Shown here: in pieces, positions 59,796 through 64,000 of the stretch | Position numbering within the stretch: position 1 is the stretch's first letter | Layout: each line of letters begins with the position of its first letter | From: a bacterium | GTDB taxonomy: Bacteria > UBA8248 | Length of the DNA stretch: 64,000 nt | Assembly: GCA_965213625.1 (NCBI GenBank) | Contig: CBDBZU010000004.1 | Span: 2,880,001-2,944,000, forward strand | Direction of reading: 5' to 3' | Position numbers and translations under genes: made by a program | The notes under the pieces: generated by a model | Databases searched by the model: none | The model's input: only the letters and a program-made list of their open reading frames with translations | Told to the model about the DNA's origin: nothing

Positions 59796-60869
59796 TTATT
59801 TCGGGTGGCGGTATATCTCGCTCTTTGGAAAATAATCCTTCCAGCCGAACCAGAACGCGAGCGTCGTGGAAAGCTGGTTCAGTCTCGCGCCTTTCATCGG
59901 CCCATCGACGGCCATGCCGGTCAGGCGCTGCCAGCGCGAACCCGTTTTCTTGTCCTTCATGAACCGGCAGGCGGCGGCGCCTTTCGCGCCTTCGCTCGTA
60001 ATGAGTTCGAACTCCAGTGTCTTACCCCTAAAAACGCGGTCGAAAACGACGCCCGTACCCGCCCCCTCGCAGTAGGTGACCAGAACGTCCCGCCCGGCGA
60101 AGCGGTCGTTCACGACCCCCGCGCGGTTCAAATCGGCAAATGGGTACACCTTGGATACTTGCTCTCCCTTCTCTTTCGGGGAATCGAGCGCAAGGGCGAC
60201 CAGCAGGGTTTTCGGGTGCAGGCGGTTGTCCCGGTATTTCTCGGGAATCACGCCCGTCTGCGAACTGTAGTAGTACCCCTCGTAGGGGTCCCTCGAGGAG
60301 CTGCGGAACATGCCCCCCATTCCCTTCAGCTTCTTTTTCAGCACCAGGGTATCGGGGTAGAGCTGCGTCCATTCGGAGTAGCGCATCATGGCGGCGGGGA
60401 ACGTTTTAAGGCGCTTGCCCTTGAGCGGACCGATAACGGCCTCGCCCGTCAGGTGGCTCCAGAGCGAATCCGTCTGGCGGTCGTACATGATAAGCACGTT
60501 CTTCCAGAGTTTCCCGGAAACGCCAAAACTGAGTTTCTTATCCCCAAGGTTACGGTCATACACGATGGCCGAATAGCAGAGCGGTCACCAAGTTACGGAG
60601 ACGGCGCTCCCACCCACCACGTCATTCACGATCTCGTGCGAACTGAGCAGGGGGACGGAATAGGCCCGCTTCTCCCCCTTGATGTTGATGCCGATCACCA
60701 TCTCGTCGGGCTGCATGAACCTCTTGGCGTCTTTCACGCTCGCGTATTCCGGCGCATCGATGGCGGGAATCCCGTCTTTCGGCAACAGCGTGCGAATCTC
60801 GGTTTCTGGATTCGCGCCCGAGAGTACCGGAATGGCGAGAACCAGCAAGGCAACAAGAATGCTTCTCAT
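59796..60869 (-). CDS. DUF3179-family selenoprotein (UxxC), UGA readthrough at 60587-60585
   Basis: ORFs 60585..60944 and 59796..60563 are in one frame: KDGIPAID...HEIVND...VTW-TGA-PLCYSA...FGVSGKLW...MYDRQTDSLWS...FWFGW; signal peptide. Confidence 0.88.
60553..60571 (-). promoter_or_regulatory. Putative bacterial SECIS hairpin
   Basis: CGGCCAT-CGTGT-ATGACCG stem with one C-A mismatch; apical loop begins 20 nt after UGA and has G at position 2. Confidence 0.6.
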
Positions 60870-60915
60870 ATGAGGCATGAAAGCGCTCTCCTCTGGCGGC
60901 CAGGACCCATTGGGG

Positions 60916-62337
60916 TTAGCGTCGAAATCCGTGGAGGACGGCAAAGAAAGTCCGCTCCCCGCGGTCCGTTCCGCGAACGACTTGTCCCAGGACGTTCGCG
61001 CCCGCGGGAATTTTTTTCAGCAATGCTTCGACGTCTTCGAGTTTTTCTACCGAGACGCGGATAGGCGTTTTTCCGTTTCCGGGCAGACGATAGGTCAGTT
61101 CGCGTATCACCATCCCTTCGCGCAAGCCGTCGTAATAGGCTCTACTGCCCTCTTCCACGTCGCTGATGTATACGCCGCCGTCCGTCTCCAGCTTGCCTTT
61201 CTCCTTCAGTTCATCGGTCAGGTTTTCCAGCGCCACGCCGTAATTCTTCCTGGTCTCAGGTTCATCGATTTCGCTCGGCTGCGCCTTTGCGTTAGCCGTT
61301 TCCTGCTCGGGCAGACGGACCAGCTTGACCATGAATTTTTTTCTTTCGGCGTTTCGCACGACTTCCACCGCTACGGCATCTCCCGGCGGCGTCCAGCCCA
61401 CGAGCCGCTGGAGGTGGGCCGTATCCACGACGCTCGTACCGCCGAGGCGGACGATCACGTCGCCCATGCGGATGCCCGCTCCCTCCGCCGGTCCGTCTTT
61501 CAGCAGAGAGCCCACGAGCGCGCCTTTCGCTCCGGAGAGCCCCAGCAGGTAGGCCATGTCCTGGCTCACCGGCTGAATGCTCACGCCCAGATACCCGCGC
61601 GGGAAATTTCCGCTTCTTCTCAGGTACTTGATGACGTCTTTCGCCATGTTGACGGGAATGGCGAAACCGATGCCGCTGCCGGGAGCCGGAATCGCCGTGT
61701 TGATGCCGATGACCTGTCCGTCGATATTCACCAGAGGACCGCCACTGTTGCCCCGGTTGATGGCGGCGTCCGTCTGGATGAAATGCTCATAGCGCGCGAT
61801 GCCCACGCCGCTGCGCCCGATGCCGCTCACCACGCCCACCGTGAATGTCCTGGTGATGCCGAAAGGATCGCCCACGGCTATCGACCACTGGCCCACCTTC
61901 ACCTTGTCGGAATCTCCGAGCGCCGCCACGGGCAGCTTGCGGTGCGGGTCGATCTTGATCAGCGCGAGATCGGTATAGCGATCCGTGCCAACGACTTTCG
62001 CCCAATGGGCGGATTCATCCCAAAGGCGCACGCGCAGTCTCCGCGTATTGCTGACCACGTGGTTGTTCGTGAGAATATATCCGGCCGGGTCGATGATGAC
62101 GCCCGAACCCGAGGAGAACAGCGGCATATTCGGATGAGGCGACCGGGGAGTCTGCTGGATTGTCCCCTTTTTTCTCTCTGCCCGTATGCTCACGACGGTC
62201 GGCTTCACGCTTTCCGCAATCTGCGTGAACGCCCCCTCGATTTTTCTCATGTAGTCGATGCCTACGTTAGCATTCGCAGGCGCGGCGATGCCCATGAGCA
62301 ATATGAACAGTATCGACGCAATGAAGCGATAATTCAT
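60916..62337 (-). CDS. DegP/HtrA-family periplasmic serine protease with PDZ domains
   Basis: GSGVII, TNNHV, DLALIK, IQTDAAINRGNSGGPL, RGYLGV. Confidence 0.93.
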   Translation of the reverse strand: MNYRFIASILFILLMGIAAPANANVGIDYMRKIEGAFTQIAESVKPTVVSIRAERKKGTIQQTPRSPHPNMPLFSSGSGVIIDPAGYILTNNHVVSNTRRLRVRLWDESAHWAKVVGTDRYTDLALIKIDPHRKLPVAALGDSDKVKVGQWSIAVGDPFGITRTFTVGVVSGIGRSGVGIARYEHFIQTDAAINRGNSGGPLVNIDGQVIGINTAIPAPGSGIGFAIPVNMAKDVIKYLRRSGNFPRGYLGVSIQPVSQDMAYLLGLSGAKGALVGSLLKDGPAEGAGIRMGDVIVRLGGTSVVDTAHLQRLVGWTPPGDAVAVEVVRNAERKKFMVKLVRLPEQETANAKAQPSEIDEPETRKNYGVALENLTDELKEKGKLETDGGVYISDVEEGSRAYYDGLREGMVIRELTYRLPGNGKTPIRVSVEKLEDVEALLKKIPAGANVLGQVVRGTDRGERTFFAVLHGFRR

Positions 62338-62437
62338 TGAACCCTCATTTTCTCGTTTTGTAAGCGGCTTGTTAACCTGCAAGATTATACAGAGAAGCCG
62401 GGTCTTTGTAAGCGTGAGAAGTTATTTGCATCCCCTA

Positions 62438-62590
62438 TTTGCTGTTGAAAACCCATCCTCGTTCGAAATTGACCACCGCCGTCATTCCGGCGAAAGCCGC
62501 AAGGGGTGTAAGGAAAAGCCCCCGTGCCCGCCCTCTCCCCTGTCACCTCCATGTGCCAAATCACGAAATCAGAACTTTTCAACAACTCCC
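62438..62590. mobile_element. Short MITE-like element with IS1182-type ends
   Basis: GCTGTTGAAAA ... TTTTCAACAACTCC; ends homologous to the elements at 18098 and 23232. A further left end GAGGCTGTTGAAAAA follows near 62599. Confidence 0.6.
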
Positions 62591-62653
62591 CCCCCTCTGA
62601 GGCTGTTGAAAAACCTCACCAAAGGAGCGCGGTGAATTTCACTCCCCCCTCAA

Positions 62654-64000
62654 GGGCCTGTTGAAAAACCCCCGGTATTATGATTGGGTGTAAGGACACT
62701 ATCTCGCCCGAGATGGGAGTTCCCTCGATGATAGGCAGGAAGAGGCGCGAGCAGATGGATTTGTTCGTGGCCGGTTCGCTGGATCGGCTGATCCCCGAGG
62801 ATCACGTTCTGTACCGCGTGCATGAGGTGCTGGATTTGAGTTGGCTTCGGGAGGAGGTGGCGGATTGCTATTGCGCGGACAACGGTCGTCCGGGTATCGA
62901 CCCGGAGGTGGCGGTTCGCCTGATGCTGGCGGGTCTTCTGCTGGGCTACGTTCACGACCGTCGCCTGCTTCGTGAAGCGAAGGCGCATCTGGCGATCCGG
63001 TGGTTCATCGGATACGGGCTGCACGAGGAGTTGCCGGACCATTCGAGCCTGACGCGGATTCGTCAGCGTTGGGGGGAGGCTCGGTTCCGGGCGATATTCC
63101 GCCGGACGGTGCAGGCGTGCCTGGAGGCGAATGTGGCGAAGGGGGAGGTGGTTCACGTGGACGCCTCGTTGATACGCGCGGACGTGAGCTGGGATAGTCT
63201 GGCGGCGCATCATGCGGAGAAGGTGATTCGGGAGAACCCCGTGGAGGAGAAGAGCGGGAAGAAGGGCGGAGGCCGCGGCGGCGGGGGACCGGTGAGCCGG
63301 ACAGACCCCGACGCGCGGCTCGCGCGCAAGAGCGCGCGGGCGAGGTTCGAGCCGAGCTACAAGCACCACGCGGCGGTGGACGATGAGCGGGGCGTGGTTC
63401 TCGACGTGACGGTGACGGAGGGGACGTTGAACGAGCGTGAGATGATGGCGTCCCATATAGAGGCGGTAAGCGAGTTGTCGGGCCGCGCGCCCTCGGTGGT
63501 GACGGCGGATTCGGGGTATGCGTACTCGAAGGTCTACGCGGCGTTGGAGCCTCTGGGCGTGGCGGGGGTGATACCGGCGAAGAAAGAACCCACGCAGAGC
63601 CGTGTTCCGTTGCGGCTGTTCCGCTACGACGCGCGCCACGACTTGGTGAAGTGTCCGCGCGGCAAGAAGCTTCGCCCCCGGCGGAGCGAGGAGCGGGGGC
63701 GCTACTATGGTTCGAGGACGCGTGATTGCGCGGGCTGCGCGCTCCGGGCGGATTGTCTGCCGCAGGCGCGGTCGAGCAAGGAGGTTTTGATTCCCAACGC
63801 GTATCTGGCGCTGTTGCGCGCGCGCCGGCGGCATGCGCGTTGGGGGGAGGAGGAGCGCCGGCTGTGGCGCCGGCACATGGGGCGCTCGGAGGGTTATCAC
63901 GGGGAAGCGAAGAGTTGGCACGGACTGGGGCGGGCGGTGCGTCGGGGCCTTGCGAACATGAAGATTCAGTCCTACCTGACGGCGACTGCGGTGAACCTCA
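62654..64000 (+). mobile_element. IS1182-family insertion sequence, copy 2 (runs off the window)
   Basis: IR GGGCCTGTTGAAAAA preceded by TTCACTCCCCCC-TCAA; left end nearly identical to the corresponding end of copy 1. Confidence 0.9.
62728..64000 (+). CDS. IS1182-family transposase (3' end runs off the window)
   Basis: MIGRKRREQMDLFVAGSLDRLIPEDH...KIQSYLTATAVNL in one frame; absent from the ORF track because no stop falls inside the window. Confidence 0.92.
   Translation, partial: MIGRKRREQMDLFVAGSLDRLIPEDHVLYRVHEVLDLSWLREEVADCYCADNGRPGIDPEVAVRLMLAGLLLGYVHDRRLLREAKAHLAIRWFIGYGLHEELPDHSSLTRIRQRWGEARFRAIFRRTVQACLEANVAKGEVVHVDASLIRADVSWDSLAAHHAEKVIRENPVEEKSGKKGGGRGGGGPVSRTDPDARLARKSARARFEPSYKHHAAVDDERGVVLDVTVTEGTLNEREMMASHIEAVSELSGRAPSVVTADSGYAYSKVYAALEPLGVAGVIPAKKEPTQSRVPLRLFRYDARHDLVKCPRGKKLRPRRSEERGRYYGSRTRDCAGCALRADCLPQARSSKEVLIPNAYLALLRARRRHARWGEEERRLWRRHMGRSEGYHGEAKSWHGLGRAVRRGLANMKIQSYLTATAVNL

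Overview
GC-rich bacterial chromosome segment. The gene content suggests a Nitrospinota/Tectomicrobia- or deltaproteobacteria-like lineage, but this is inference only. It carries housekeeping genes (partial bioB, apt, nlpD-like, pcm, surE, secA, lgt, degP-like, two metY paralogues, three tRNAs), many catabolic oxidoreductases and hydrolases, a GldA/F/G-DUF4340 ABC operon, a DtxR-family regulator with an Fe3+ ABC transporter, and two IS1182-family copies. Signals the ORF track does not show: (1) a DUF3179 selenoprotein split at an in-frame UGA (W-U-P-L-C) followed by a SECIS-like hairpin; (2) a sigma70 promoter overlapped by a CIRCE/HrcA operator ahead of the Gld-like operon; (3) an AT-rich, translationally coupled pair of HEPN-like genes with no MNT partner; (4) both IS1182 copies inserted in the loop of the same REP-like palindrome, plus short elements with IS1182-type ends carrying several REP families; (5) a repeat-free low-GC valley (about 30-55 kb) containing core genes and bracketed by two 10-bp-periodic intergenic arrays that share motifs. 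All calls come from reading the sequence; no searches were run.
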